A DNA stretch of 64,000 nt from Sarea resinae (taxonomy: Eukaryota). The notes below the pieces were generated by a model, which was not told where the DNA came from, made no database searches, and saw only the letters and a program-made list of their open reading frames with translations. Made by a program: the position numbers and the translations under genes. The stretch covers positions 124,001 to 188,000 of the forward strand of contig JAPEUD010000023.1 of assembly GCA_026026165.1 (NCBI GenBank), given 5' to 3'. Positions 11,575-24,435 of the stretch are shown piece by piece; positions within the stretch are counted from its first letter, which is position 1; every line of letters starts with the position of its first letter.

Positions 11575-13617
11575 ATGCCCTACGAGTCGCAGATCTCCTT
11601 CACTCTAGACACCATATGTCCATGGTAAGTAGAACAATCATGCCCGCTTCTGCGCATCGGCTGGCGGCTAACCTAGGCCGCTACTATGGCATCGGCAACT
11701 GACAGAACGCCGCAATGGGCATCCAGGACATACCTAGCGAAGAGAAGGTGCCCAACATGCCATCATCTAGACGATGGGCTATGCTGATGCGAAAGCGCAT
11801 GTCGCAATGCGAAAAGACTCGATGAAGGTCTGTGGCCTTTGCCCTGGTTCTGCTGTCATGCATGTATTGGCGCGTCGTTCTGGTTTGCGACGAAAGAGTT
11901 TTCCCATGCTTCATACCCTTTCTGGACACGCTTTGGCTGTCAGTTCACTTCACAAGAGAAGAATCTTCTAGTGCCGCTCTCACGCTTTGGCTGGCTTGTT
12001 GCCTCTGCCTATTTTTATCCCTGTATCCAAGCGTCAACGCAGTAGTCCTTACCGTACTCTTCGATCCCTTTCAGAACCTCTATACCATTTCCGGCGATTT
12101 CCTCCCCTTGAACAGATATCTCCCCTACAGAAGTCCTCTGCTATCCCCTATGGCCCTATTGCAGTCTACGCTCAAACACCCGCCTTGATTCCACAGAGCA
12201 CAGTCCCTTCTCTGTCTTTCATCATGGCCCCTGTCAACATTGCAATCCCAACCCATCATGACTGCATCGCGACGACAGAGCAGAATCCCCAGCTGGAGAT
12301 CCAATCTATCTAACAGCATCCGCAGCCCTCCGTATCGTTCGCGCCGGCGCCGGAAAAGACAGAGTGGTCTTCACGGAAAGATACCTCCCCTTCCAGCTCT
12401 ACCCTGCGATGAGCCAGGAGGGCGAAGACAAATACGAATGGTAAGGGAAATGCAAAATCGAGAACGCGGCCACACTATGATTCCTTATGCCCGGCATTGC
12501 GCAGCCCTCCCCAACCTAACCATGCTTCTTCCTGCGCTGCACGCCGTTCTCTCCAGCACATGCACAGCCCTCCCCAACCAGTGTCTAACCATACGCTCTT
12601 TGCAATGCATCATACGTCCTTCTCCACGCCTTCATCACACTACGACTGTCTTCCCCTCAACCCCCACCGACCCATCCTCGTCACGGACATGACTCTATCG
12701 TCCATCTCCCAAGACCAGCTACCTACCTACCCACCCACCCACCCGCCTACCTGCACAGCCCCTCTCACCCACTCTCTGTCCCTCCCCACCCCGGGAATAG
12801 CATCGCCCCCGATTCTCACAGCGACCAGGTACCTCACGACCAAACACCTCTCCAACCCGCGCCTGATGGAAGCGCACGAAGCCCGCATGAGCCAGCTCTT
12901 CTCCCGCCTCGGCCTCTCCATCACGCACGCCGGCACCATCGCCAACACCCTCCCCGCGCACGTGACGATCCAGCATTACCAGACCCTGTACGGGGGCGAA
13001 GTGGCCGGGAGGCTTGTCGATGGTATGTCCCACCTAGCTGTCTGTCCTTGGTCGTTCTTGCCACCTGTTGTGCCTGTAGATAGGATCGTCGTTGGTCCGT
13101 AGATTGGTAGATGCAGATGATGATGGATTTGTTTATTCCTCTTCTTTTTCTTCTATAACACAACAATCCCACACCCCTCCCCCTTTCCCTTCTACACCCT
13201 CGTCCGCCCCCCTGAAAAAGGGCAGAAAAAAACTCCCCAACTAACCACCTCTCCGCCCCCCCTTGTCCTCCCACCGCAGAGCTATACACCCTTTACTTCT
13301 CTTCCGCGCACCACCCCTCATCGCGAAGTACTCTCCTGACCGCGGCCCGCGCCGCACACCTCCCGGCGCCCGACGCCGAAACCGAAGCCTACATCACCCG
13401 CATCACCGACAACGACGCCAACAACAACGACAACGACAAATCGCGCGAGAAGCGCGCCGTCGGCGACACCATCAAGACGCAACGGATGGACGGCGTCGAC
13501 AGCGTGCCGTATGTGGTGATCGAGGGCCGCCGCAGGGATTTCTCGCTCGTCGGCGCCAAGGAGGTCGACGAGTATGTCAAGGTGCTTGAGCAGGTCGTTG
13601 CCGAGTCGGGGGCTTGA
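11575..13617 (+). CDS. DSBA-like thioredoxin-fold protein (FrnE / HCCA isomerase-like)
   Basis: Six exons: 11575-11624, 11727-11747, 11817-11827, 12326-12440, 12829-13022, 13280-13617. Spliced product MPYESQISFTLDTICPWTYLAKRRLDEALRIVR...YLPFQLYP...EDKYEWY...GTIANTLPAH...GVDSVPYVVIEGRRRDFSLVGAKEVDEYVKVLEQVVAESGA*. All junctions are GT-AG and in phase. Confidence 0.88.
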
Positions 13618-14414
13618 ATGGATATAGAGAGGCGGGGGGGAGGGGGAGCGGAGGATTCAGGAAAAATAAATAGTTCTGTACGTATATATATGTTCGATGG
13701 GTTCAGGTAGCAAGCATTCGGCAAAGCAGAATGAAGGGGGGGTTCTGCTATCAGACCAACGGGCGTATCGGTAGGGCACTGCTAGAACCGTTTTATTCAA
13801 ATCTAGTAGGATAAAAGACAAACAGCCGGTCCGCAACGGGCCTTGACTCTTGAGCCACAAGAGCAGCTCATCGCATGCGCTCCTTCATCTTGCTCATACG
13901 TTTTGCCCCTTTCGCAACCAATGTATTCGGTTAAGAAGAATGGAAATAAGACGCCTAATAGAATCGATTCAGAGCAAGCAATACGCGAAGCCTCCATCAT
14001 CCCCTGAAAGTCTGCTATCATGACAAATAATCTAGTAAAGAAAATACCCAGCGAAGACAAAACCCCCAAGCTCACTTTCGTACTTTCTCTATCGTCTCTT
14101 GCCCATTCGAGGAGACTTTTATCCAATGCAAAGTATGCTATAAACAGGAGAGCAAAACAGAGCCGGTTCTTTATAGCACATTGGCATCGTTCTCTTCTCT
14201 TCTCTTCGATTCGAATAGAATGGGTATAATGGTATCGCTGCGGATCGTGAAGAAGAATATTTTCAGCGTTGCGCCAGAGATGCAAGGAATTCTCAGAATG
14301 AATGTCGTGAAAGAAACGGATACACATGAAGGTTTTCGACAAGTTTTCGTATCTTTGCCGCGAATAGAACAGATATATGAAGCAATCAAGACCTTGAGGC
14401 GTAAGATCGGGCAA

Positions 14415-17400
14415 TCAACGCGTCTTCTAGGCTTGTGTTAGTATTTCACCCAAATGAGGAGACAGGGAGCAGTCATACCAAGCTGGTAGCAGCAGCGGCT
14501 GAAGCCAGATCGGGTTTCCCTGATACACTCCTAGTCGCTACGCGAGGCAAATTGGATGCCAAGGCCGTGCCTGTAGAAGACCTTTTGACGCCGATAGTCG
14601 GTTGCAGACCGTTGACGGTAGAGTGTCTCTTGGGCGCCGCTGGCTTGTTCGGGGAGCTACTTGGTATATTGGTCCGAACTGCGGTACCATTTTTGAAACT
14701 CGTAGCTGGAGGTTCAGGAAGCGGTCGAACTCCAGAAGGCGTGTGGGTTGTGTTAAAACGCTTCATCGGCGAATCCGTCGAAGTAGCCCCTTGAGGACGA
14801 CTACGTACTGAGGACTTTTTGATGCCGGTGATGAACTCATGATGAATGGCTTCATCTGGCTTCAAACGTCTGTCGGGGTCCCATCTCAGACAGCGGCCGA
14901 TGAAGTCTAAGAAGGCGTCATCATCGCATTTCAATGCCTGCTGCAGCGACTTGGAACTAGGTCGACGTCGTCTTCCCTTCGAAGAGACGTTAAGCCGTGG
15001 CTTGCCTAGAGAGTCAAAGAACAACTTCTTGCGCGTGCTCTTCTCGATCAGATGCTTCTCAGGAGGACCGAAAACTTCCATGATACACGCCAATTGCTCT
15101 TGCTCGTTCTCTCCCGGGAAAATCGGATAGCCAGTGAAAAGCTCGGCAAGAATGCAGCCTAAACTCCACATGTCGATTGGCATGCCATAAGTCATACCTA
15201 ATATAACTTCGGGTGACCTATAGAAACGTGATTGGATGTACGTGTAGACCTTCTCATTCTCAAAGCAACTCGAGCCAAAATCAATGACTTTGATCTCGGA
15301 ATGGACAGGATGAGCTAAGAGGATATTTTCCGGTTTTAGATCGCAATGTATAACGCGATGGCGTTTCAGAAGTACCAAGCTACTCAGAAGCTGTTTCGTG
15401 AAGCGCCGAATGAGTTTGAGAGAGAAGCCGCGGAAGTCGTGACACTTGATGAACTCGTAAAGGTTCATGCCAAGAAGCTCGGTAGAGATACAGAGATGTC
15501 CTCGGAAATAGAAGCTTTGTGTAAAGCTGACCATGCTGTGCTCATTGTTGGGGTCCTGCCGGCCACATATTAGCACATCACATGTCCCGCAAGCTCGTAT
15601 CAAGTCCTTACCCATTCGCGCAACTTCTGCAGTATGTTGACTTCCACTAACGCTTGCTGATGAAATCTCTTCTTATTTCTGATGATCTTGATGGCCACCA
15701 GAGTACCGTTCTTGTGGTCAACGCATCTCACTACCTGTCCAAAACTACCCTTGCCCAGCACATTGAGAATCTCATAACGGTAGGCGAGATGATCTCCTTC
15801 AACAATGTTGTAATCTCCCCGCTCATCGTCGTATCCGAAATTCGCCGACTGGGTATTCAGATCACCCACGTGTTTCTTGGCCTTGCTTGTACCGGTGAAG
15901 TATACTTCCTTGTAATCGATTATCTCTCCTCTTTCGAAGATGTTGAGATTGGCCGTACGCAGTGCTTGTGCTGCTGACACTCGATCTTTTGGAGATGCCT
16001 TCCTCCTTAGTTCATCAAGCTCTCTTGCGGCAACTTCGAAGTCCTTTCGTTTCGAGGCAAGCTTTTTCATTTCCTCCTCAGCGACCAGATCATCACGGTC
16101 AAGATGAGAGTCCACAGTGACTTTGGCCCTGAGATTCATAGAGCTCTTGGAGCCAAGTATCCTATGCATAGGTGACAGAATAGACGAGCCAGTTCGTCCG
16201 GTAGTATGAGCTTGGCTAGAAAGCTCAGGTGGGGGGATCGTTTCTTTCTTCTGGCTGTGGTTGCCCAGAAGGGTGCCCCAACTGTCACTCTTTGTCCTAT
16301 CATGGCCATTGACTAACGTTGCACTAGATGCGGAACTCTTTCGTCGTCTCGAATCAAGATGACTTGTAGATTTCAGCGACGGACTGGGGCTGAAACCTGC
16401 TGCACCAGACGTTGCAGAGGCAGGGTATTTCGGCGGGGGCATGTTGTTGTGTTTAGGAGGTTGCGGTGGATACTCTGCGTCACGCTCTGCTGCTGCATGG
16501 GACGCTTTCGACGAGCTGCGCTTCCAGCTGAGACTCAATTTGCGACGCAAAGACGATCCAGAGGAAGGCGTATCGGGTTCGGTCGGGCTTGATGCCTGGG
16601 TAGGAGTCTCCTCGCTGGCTGCCTTGGTAGGAACTTGAGATCGTGGCCCCATTAATTTGGAGCTTCGGAGCTCTGATCCAAAATTGATAGTGTTGTAATC
16701 ACCACTTTGCTTTGGTTTCATATAAGTGGCGTCTCCGCTTCCCTTCGGAAGAGAAGTTGACATGTATGGAGACATATGGCCATAGGGATTATTCGACTCT
16801 AGTGGTATGTTTGAGTTCGAGCTCGAGCTTGCCGCACTGATTGAAGGTGACTCCGTCCTCAAGGCTTGATGTGTATTGCTACGGAAAGGAACAGCGGATG
16901 GTAGATCATCATCGTCGCCGTTGCTCCTAAAGAAAGTGGTCGCTTTGGAGGCCGTCATCGGTGTACTGGGAGTCTTCGGGGGAGCACGCGTTGGCGGCGG
17001 AGTGACCCTGCCCTCCTGAACCTCGGACGAGGATCCTGGCAAAGCTGCTATTCTTGCCGCAGTTGGCGTACTCAAAGGCAAGAGATTGATTGGCGGCAAT
17101 CGTAGAGGCTGCAGATTCTTCTTAGATAGATTTGAAGGATTGCTCGTCTTCCGTTCCCCCTCAGAGCCCACCCCAATGGCGGCAACTCTCCTCTCTCGTG
17201 GATCTACATTCAGTGGTTCGTCCTTTTCAGCCACGGGACCGTCTGGCATCGGCATAGCGCTACCAATTGTAGCCTCCAGAGGTAGACTTGATTTTCTTCT
17301 GGGTAAAGGCGCTGTCTCGTGCTGCTCTTTGGGGGATTCGTAAGCCTTGGGTATGGCAGGAACAGGTGGTACCTCCTCTTCTCCAGCGGCAGAGCCAGCA

Positions 17401-19167
17401 GAGCTATGGACATTTCGTGGTTTCGGTGCCGGCAGCCTCGATGCTGTCAGGTTTGTACTTAGCCGAGGCTGGAGAGATGAGGTCGAAGTGCGGGCAGATG
17501 CAAAGCTAGTATTCGAAGAGACTGAGATCCCTGAACTGTAGGATTTGCGATTGTGCTCGGGCGTCGTACGAGAGGATGAGGGAGTCACGCTCTTTCGCGG
17601 TATATAGGATGGAGATTCTACAGTCGATCGAGCAGCTGGTAACGCCTCTGGCTGAGGGGTTGGGGGAGTCGCTGGCATGGGAGGAGCGGTGGGCATCGTC
17701 GAAAGTCGCTTCATCCTTCGCGCATCCGTGGGGCTTATTGTGCGAGCGCCTAAGCCAGTGGCATGAGACGGCATGACAGAGTGTCGCTTGCTAGACGACG
17801 AAGGAGTGATTGTCCGCGGGTCGGGGGACCTGAGAGGAGATCGAGCTACACTCGACCGCCTGCCCTGATCAGGAGTCGCAGTAGCTGCCAAGTGACCTTC
17901 CGCTTCTTTCGGTGGCGGCTGCAGGGACTTGGCCTTGACGTTCCGGGGGGCCACCGAGAGCTGGGAGGCTTCCGCACCACCCACGATGGCTCTACCACCA
18001 ATGCTCATCCGACCGACCGACGGCCTTCTCGACTCCGTTTGGGAACTAAGCGTATTGGTAGAATTACTAGAGGTCAGACTTGGACGTCGCCATTGTGGTG
18101 TTTTATCGTCGGACTCGGGAACTAGAATACCAGGGCCGACAGATTTACGCGGCTGGCGTGCTGCTGCTGCCATAGTCGTTGGAGTCGGGAAGTGGCTCTG
18201 GCGGCGTGTCCGTACCGGTAACGGGGCGTTTGGAGGGCCCATTGATTCTGGCGCAGCCTGAGCCATTGTCAAACTAGCCTGACGTTGGGCAGAAGCAGCA
18301 CTTTGACGCCTAAGGAGAGAGTCATTCCTTCCTATACGGGTGGTGCGCATTGAAGTACCGGAACCTTCAGTACCGCTCTGCTCATCTTTTTCGTAGTTTC
18401 TACCCATATCGGACCCCAAACTCTTATTTGCCAGTATCCCCCCGCCACCTCCAGGCGCAGGAAACTGACTCAGGGTCTGATCATCCGAAATTAAGCTGGA
18501 CTGTAGTTCATCGAAACTGACTTGGGGGAGGAAGTCGAAGGATCCGGAAGTGTTCTCGATATTCTCTCGGTAGCCTTCTGAGGCGTCCGCAGACGTGGAT
18601 GGTGCGGCGCCGCGGGCAGGCAGCTGTCCGAATAGGGCTGGCTCGCTGGTGGAGCTGGGAAGGAACGACTGTGTTGACGGCTTGGTTGTGCTTTTAAGGT
18701 TGTCACTAGCAACCCTGATCAGTTAGGCCACAACGTATCTCTCTCAATGTCTACGAGCCACACTTACCGTTTCGATGGCGCGAAGTCGGGCTGGCGAGGA
18801 CCTAACGGCGCCTTCTGGTCCCTCAAAGACTTTCTTCTACTGGCAAAGCTGGGCCTAGCCTCAGCAATGCCCTTCGCCGAGGGTGCAAAGGCGGTTGATC
18901 GCCTTGTTCTTGCATCGTTGTCGGCATTACTGTGCTGAAACCGCTTTCTCGCGCGTCCTTCGGCTGTTGCATCTATTAGCATCTTGATGCCATGTGGCTG
19001 ACTGCGGCTTCCCGCACAACACCCTAGCCGGAGGGATGGGGAGTGTGAGACAGCTGCATACCTCCTGAACTTGAGTCGTCCGCTCGGGAATTATTCGAAG
19101 CCCGCGAGTTGAGCGAATGGGTCGACCCATTTCCCGTGTGCATCTGAGGCATTACCTTGGTCGACAT
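14415..19167 (-). CDS. pom1: DYRK-family dual-specificity kinase, Pom1/DYRK2 type, with long disordered N-terminus
   Basis: DH box NFGYDDERGDY, GKGSFGQV, HCDLKPEN and activation loop YTYIQSRFYRSPE. Start MSTKVMPQ at 19167 with two upstream introns. Probable terminal micro-exon 14426-14415 (KTR*); otherwise the stop is at 14473. Confidence 0.93.
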
Positions 19168-20493
19168 GATGATGTGATATAATGGACCAGTCCGGATTGG
19201 GCGATCGGACGATGGATCGATGGCGGTGGAGCGGTGTGCCACTAGAGAGAGTGAAGTTGAGGGCAAGGGTGAAGAGATTCGATCTCCGACGACGCCGGAT
19301 CCAAAGGATGCAGACTGGTGGTTACGGCCTGAGCTCGGTCCGTCTCGCAGGCTGAGGCGGACTGCAACAGGACCTCATCTCAGCAGTATGCCATTTCATG
19401 GAGCGAGGGACGAAGAAGGGAGGACCTCGATACGGTCAATTCGAAGTGCGAGATGGAGCCGAAGGAATGAGAAGCTTGGGGGTCTCGCCGTCGTTGTCGT
19501 GAAAGAATAGCGGTCGTTTGCTCGTCATGCTCCAGGGCAGCTGGAGAGGTCGCGAGGACTGGAGGTCGTCGATTGAGGACTACGCCGGAGTACTGGGCAG
19601 CATTTGTTGTTTCGCCCGAAGCAGAAGAAACCGTTGACGGGGCTCGCCAGGTTCGCCAGGGGAAACGAGCGAACGGACGGTGGAGGGACGAGGTACCAGT
19701 ACGGGCAGGACGGCGGGTGTCGCGGCGGGGAGCCCGGTATCCGCTACCTGGAGTAGCCGTTGCAGGGCAATCTGCCAGGCAAGCCCCCCGTTTACGGTTA
19801 CGCTATTGGCTGTGCCGCTGGCTGATTTCCGCATGCAGAGGGCCCCTAAGCCTCTTCGGAGCGGTACCTGTGATCCGGGCAGACTGAGCGCCGCCATCGA
19901 GGTACCGGTCGAGGGCTTGGCCACGGCTTGACCTACTTGCCGGACGGATGCAGCAGTCCTCTCTTTCCTGCGGTCCCCACATGAAATGAGCTGTACTATG
20001 TATCATTCGAAATGGGGAGAAATGAAAGCAAATGATCCTCGAGATTGATATTGAGCTTCATCTCCCTTCGATGCACGTGCCGCTACACAGTACACAGTGC
20101 AGGCAGGGACGGAGTACTTCTACTGCAGAGTAGATACCTCGTACCCCTCCACCATCACACTGACCACCAGGTACCAGGTATCGCACTACCGACGGGCTAC
20201 TGCTGCATACCTCCATGTACTCTGACTGCAGGTAATCAGATGCCGTACGCACTACCATGGTATGTACCCCGAGTATGGGAGGTGCTCGATCCGTACTCAT
20301 TGAATCCGGATCGTGCTACCTACCAGACACCATCCAGCAGCAGCAGCAAATGCAGATGCTTCATCTCCATAATCACACATAATCACAACTCCTCTTCCTT
20401 GGTGAGATACGCCATGTCGTGTTCTCCTCTGAAACTGTAAATTCTTCAGAGACATCCTGTCCCAGCTCTCCTGCATCTCTATGAATGCCCAGC

Positions 20494-22151
20494 ATGGACG
20501 AATACACGGCGGATGCCTTTGTGAATCGTGATGAGCCCATCCCCATCATCTCCGTCGGCGGCAAAGATGGTGCTGGTACTGCCTCCGACGGCAACGGCAG
20601 CCGTGGCAATCCGCCTCAATCGCGCACCTCTGCTGCTGCTTCCAAGATGAAGGGGAAGTTCCAACAGCACGTGAGAGACAAGAAGAGCGAGTCTGGGCGC
20701 AGCTTGCAAGAACGCCTGTTCTCCACGTACGTCGGAGTGATCGATCCTTGAGAGAGCTTCAAGGGCGTACTGATCGTTCGTCAGCCTCATGGCACAGCTC
20801 ATCCCGGAAGACATGGCTGGCGTTATTGAGACACCGGGCAAACGATCCCCACAGATGCCCTCGGATCGGCCTGGATTCAGCCTTCCGTTGATGACAAACA
20901 ACTTCCGCAGATTCAATGCAAGGTATGCATCGATCAGTGGCCTCTCTCCCAGGTAGAATCCAGCAAGTCTGACTGATCTTTAGAATCGGGGTCGTCTTCG
21001 TCTTCCAAAATCGAGTAATCCACCTTCTGTCATGGAAAATCCCCTCCCATACGATCTCCTTCCTGGCCGTCTACAGCTTTATATGTCTCAACCCATACCT
21101 ACTCGCCGTCGTACCGGTGACGATCCTCCTCTTCGCCATCATGGTTCCCGCATACCTAGCCCGTCATCCCCCTCCGCCCACCAGTCTGCCCACGGATACC
21201 TACTCGATCCGCGGTCCACCTCTAGCACCTCCATCCAGCATCAAGCCTGCCACGGAGATGAGCAAGGATTTCTTCAGAAACATGCGTGATATCCAAAACA
21301 GTATGGAGGACTTTACGCGTGTCCACGATAAACTCGTCGCGACGATAGCACCACCCAGTAACTTTACTGACGAACGTCTCTCCTCGGCGCTTTTCCTGGT
21401 CCTCTTCATCATCGCTTGCTTCATGTTTATCGCTTCGCATATCGTACCCTGGCGCTTATTTTTCCTCGTTGCCGGCTGGGCGAGCATCTGCCTCGGCCAC
21501 CCCTGGGTTCAAGAAACCTATGTCTCGCCCACCCAGAATCAAATCCTCTCCCGCGAAGAGGAAGCCCATTCGCGAATCGGCAGCTGGGTCGAACGCGACA
21601 TCGTGCTCGACTCTGCCCCGGAAATTCGCGAAGTCGAGATCTTTGAGCTGCAGCGTCTGAGCGGTAGCCTTCACGAGTGGGAGGACTGGATTTTCAGTCC
21701 GTCACCATACGATCCGCTCACGCCGATTCGGATCTCGGGGGACAAGCCGAAGGGTACAAGGTTCTTCGAGGACGTGCAGCCGCCGAATGGCTGGGAATGG
21801 AGCGATAAGAAATGGACGCTCGATCTGGCGAGCTTGGACTGGGTGGAGGAGCGCATGATCACGCGGGTCGAGATCGAGACCGAGGGCGAGCGATGGGTGT
21901 ACGATATCCCGACGCACGACGATCATGATCGCGGGCACGAGCATGAGCACGAGCCTGGTCTAGATGATGATGATGATGATGATGATGATGACGACGACGA
22001 TGACGAAGAGGATGACGAGGCGAAAGGGAAGGAGAAAGAAAAGAAGCCCGATTGGGAGGAGGGGACCGGCTCGATGGGCGCAGCAAAAAAGGGTATCTGG
22101 CGCCGACGACGGTGGCTCCGGACCGTGAAGAGGCGGGTGGTTAGGGAATGA
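20494..22151 (+). CDS. PEX29: Pex23/Pex24-family integral membrane peroxin (Pex28/Pex29-like) with dysferlin motif
   Basis: Exons 20494-20726, 20785-20922, 20984-22151 (alternative ATG at 20485). FSLPLMTNNFRRFNARIG, FFRNMRDIQNSM, EVEIFELQR and C-terminal WRRRRWLR. Confidence 0.88.
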
Positions 22152-22799
22152 TTGATTAATGAAATGACATGGGCGTCTTTGCGTTTGCATTTCAGGCGTC
22201 TAGGGGATGGGTTCCGGTTTTCAGGCCATGGAGGGTGCATTACATGAATTATGCTTGTTTCTCTGGAATACCTCTTTTGCTTATGAACATGAAATTGGCT
22301 GTCGGTTTTGAACATCGTCATCATGTTCCCTCGCGTGTCTTGTGTCCTCGCACCTCGCACCTCGCACCTCGCACCCTACCATAGCATGGATCCTCTGCAA
22401 TCAAATTAACATGCATCACACATCCGAGCTTGCTGGATCCCACTTTTGCTTGCACCGTCATGTCTACTTCCACTTCCACCTCCACCTCTACTCCGTCGCC
22501 AATCGCCCGCTCGCACCCACTTATCTCCTCGACGACAGATATATCTCTCTTATTTGGCCTCTTTCCCCCTTTTCGCCCTTCCCCCCCTTTCTCCCTCCCT
22601 TTCTCTAGCCCCTCTAACAAGATCACACCAGCCATCCCGCACCCCACCGACGCTTTTCCCTACATACCCAACCCTACCCATTCTGTTTTCTTCCCTTTCC
22701 CCTCTCCTCTCTCCTATCTCCCCTCTCCTGTCTCCTGTTTCCCTTCTCCTCTCCTCTCTCTCCTGTCTCTTTCTTCCCTCTCCTTGTTTCTCTTTTCCT

Positions 22800-23650
22800 T
22801 AGCCTTTCTTCTTCTTCTTCTTTCTTCTCTTTCGCTCTGCAGCACTTATAAGTGTTTGATCTATAGAGGTGTTAGAGAGGCAATGTAGAGCAGCTCCTGC
22901 ACCTCTGTGTTAAGTATAAGTATAAGTACAAGTACAAGTATCTCTGTCTGTGTCTATGTCTGTGTTTTAGCTAGGTGTTATAGGTAAGGAGAGGTAGGTG
23001 CTAGAGGTGCTAGAGGTGCTAGAGGTGTAAAGAGAAGAGGAAAAGAAGAGGAAAGAGAGAAGAGTTGTCTATATACTTACTAGACAATCTCTAGATCTAC
23101 TGACCTACCTAATATTCCTCTGAAGAAAAGGCCTCTCTAGTAGTATTAGTAGTAGTAGTCTACTTACCTAACTAGACATCTACTAAATTTGTTTTTTCTA
23201 AAAAAAGAAAGGAGTATCTTATAAGATTTTCTCTAGGTCTTTAGTTATTACCTCTACTATTTATTAGTTATAGAGTTTTTAATAGGTGACGCTCTTTTTT
23301 TCTTCTAGAGAGGAAGTTTCTACTAGCTGTAGCTAGGAGCTAAGAGAGAGTATAGAGGGTCTAGAGAGTAAGATAAGATTAAGTAGATTAGAGTAGAGTA
23401 GAGTTATTTATTTTTTATTCTGGAGAGAGAAGAGAGGATTAGGCTTTATCTTATAATAAGGGATAAGAGAGGTGCTTTTCTAGTCTTTTATTCTTTAATA
23501 CTTCTTCCCTTAAAGTCTTCTCCTCTTTTAGTCTCTTTCTAGTCTTCTAGTCCTCTAGTCTTTTAATCTTTTTATCTTCTCCCTCTCTAATCTCTTAGAT
23601 AATATCAAGAGCTAGGTAGGCACCTTATATAGAGCAAGTCTACCTAGGTA
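22800..23650. pseudogene. RIP-like hypermutated AT-rich relic
   Basis: Sharp drop in GC, strong TpA excess and almost no CpG. Minus-strand remnant RCRSCSTLPL*HLYRSNTYKCCRAKEKKEEEEERL. Confidence 0.7.
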
Positions 23651-24410
23651 AACAACAACAACAACAACATCAAAAAGCGCCCGCCCGCCCGCCCGCAACA
23701 AAGGGTAAGCAGGCTGAGCTTGCATAATGTTATCTGTACATGCACACACTGCTGCTGCAGTAAGATACAGTGGAGGTTCTATTTTACCTTTTGAGGTCGA
23801 TATCTACCTCCCTTAGGTACCGCTGTAGATTTACTGCGAGCCAAGACCGAGAGGGTAAGGTACTCGTACTCCTTACTCACACTCTCTTCTTTCTCCCTCC
23901 GCAGATCGGAGCATACCGGGACCGGCCCTTCTCACGTCCTCGTCCTCGTACTCGTACACAGTAGTAGCTCGACTACAGAGTACTGCTCCAGAGTACTGTC
24001 CCCAAGACCAAAGGTAAGGAAAACCTTAGGTAGAAGACACCTCAACACCGCCGCCTTACCCTCCCCGTACTAGTCCCTCCAACGAGTATCCGAGTACCTG
24101 AGTACCAAGACCGTTATCCGATCGATCGGCCGAGATACCCCGATCAGCGGGATGTCCGAATCGAGAAATCCCCCGAAGACATCCAATGGAGAGCCCGAGA
24201 GCTGGAGGGTGGGTGAGGTGGGGAGAAATCGATGAGTACCTCACCCGCAGAAGCGGCCGTGGTTGGGGTCGTCTCTGTTTCTTTTGCTGATATCACTCTA
24301 TGTACGAAGAACCTACTGCGGTGTGCAGAGAGGGTATGGATCAACGTGTGCGTGCTGTGGATGGGGTGCTTCATACATAGGTATGTAGGTAGTACTGACT
24401 AAGGGTAAGG

Positions 24411-24435
24411 TAGGGTAGGGTAGGGTAGGGTAGGG
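24411..24435 (+). repeat. (TAGGG)5 microsatellite, potential G-quadruplex
   Basis: tagggtagggtagggtagggtaggg read directly. Confidence 0.9.
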
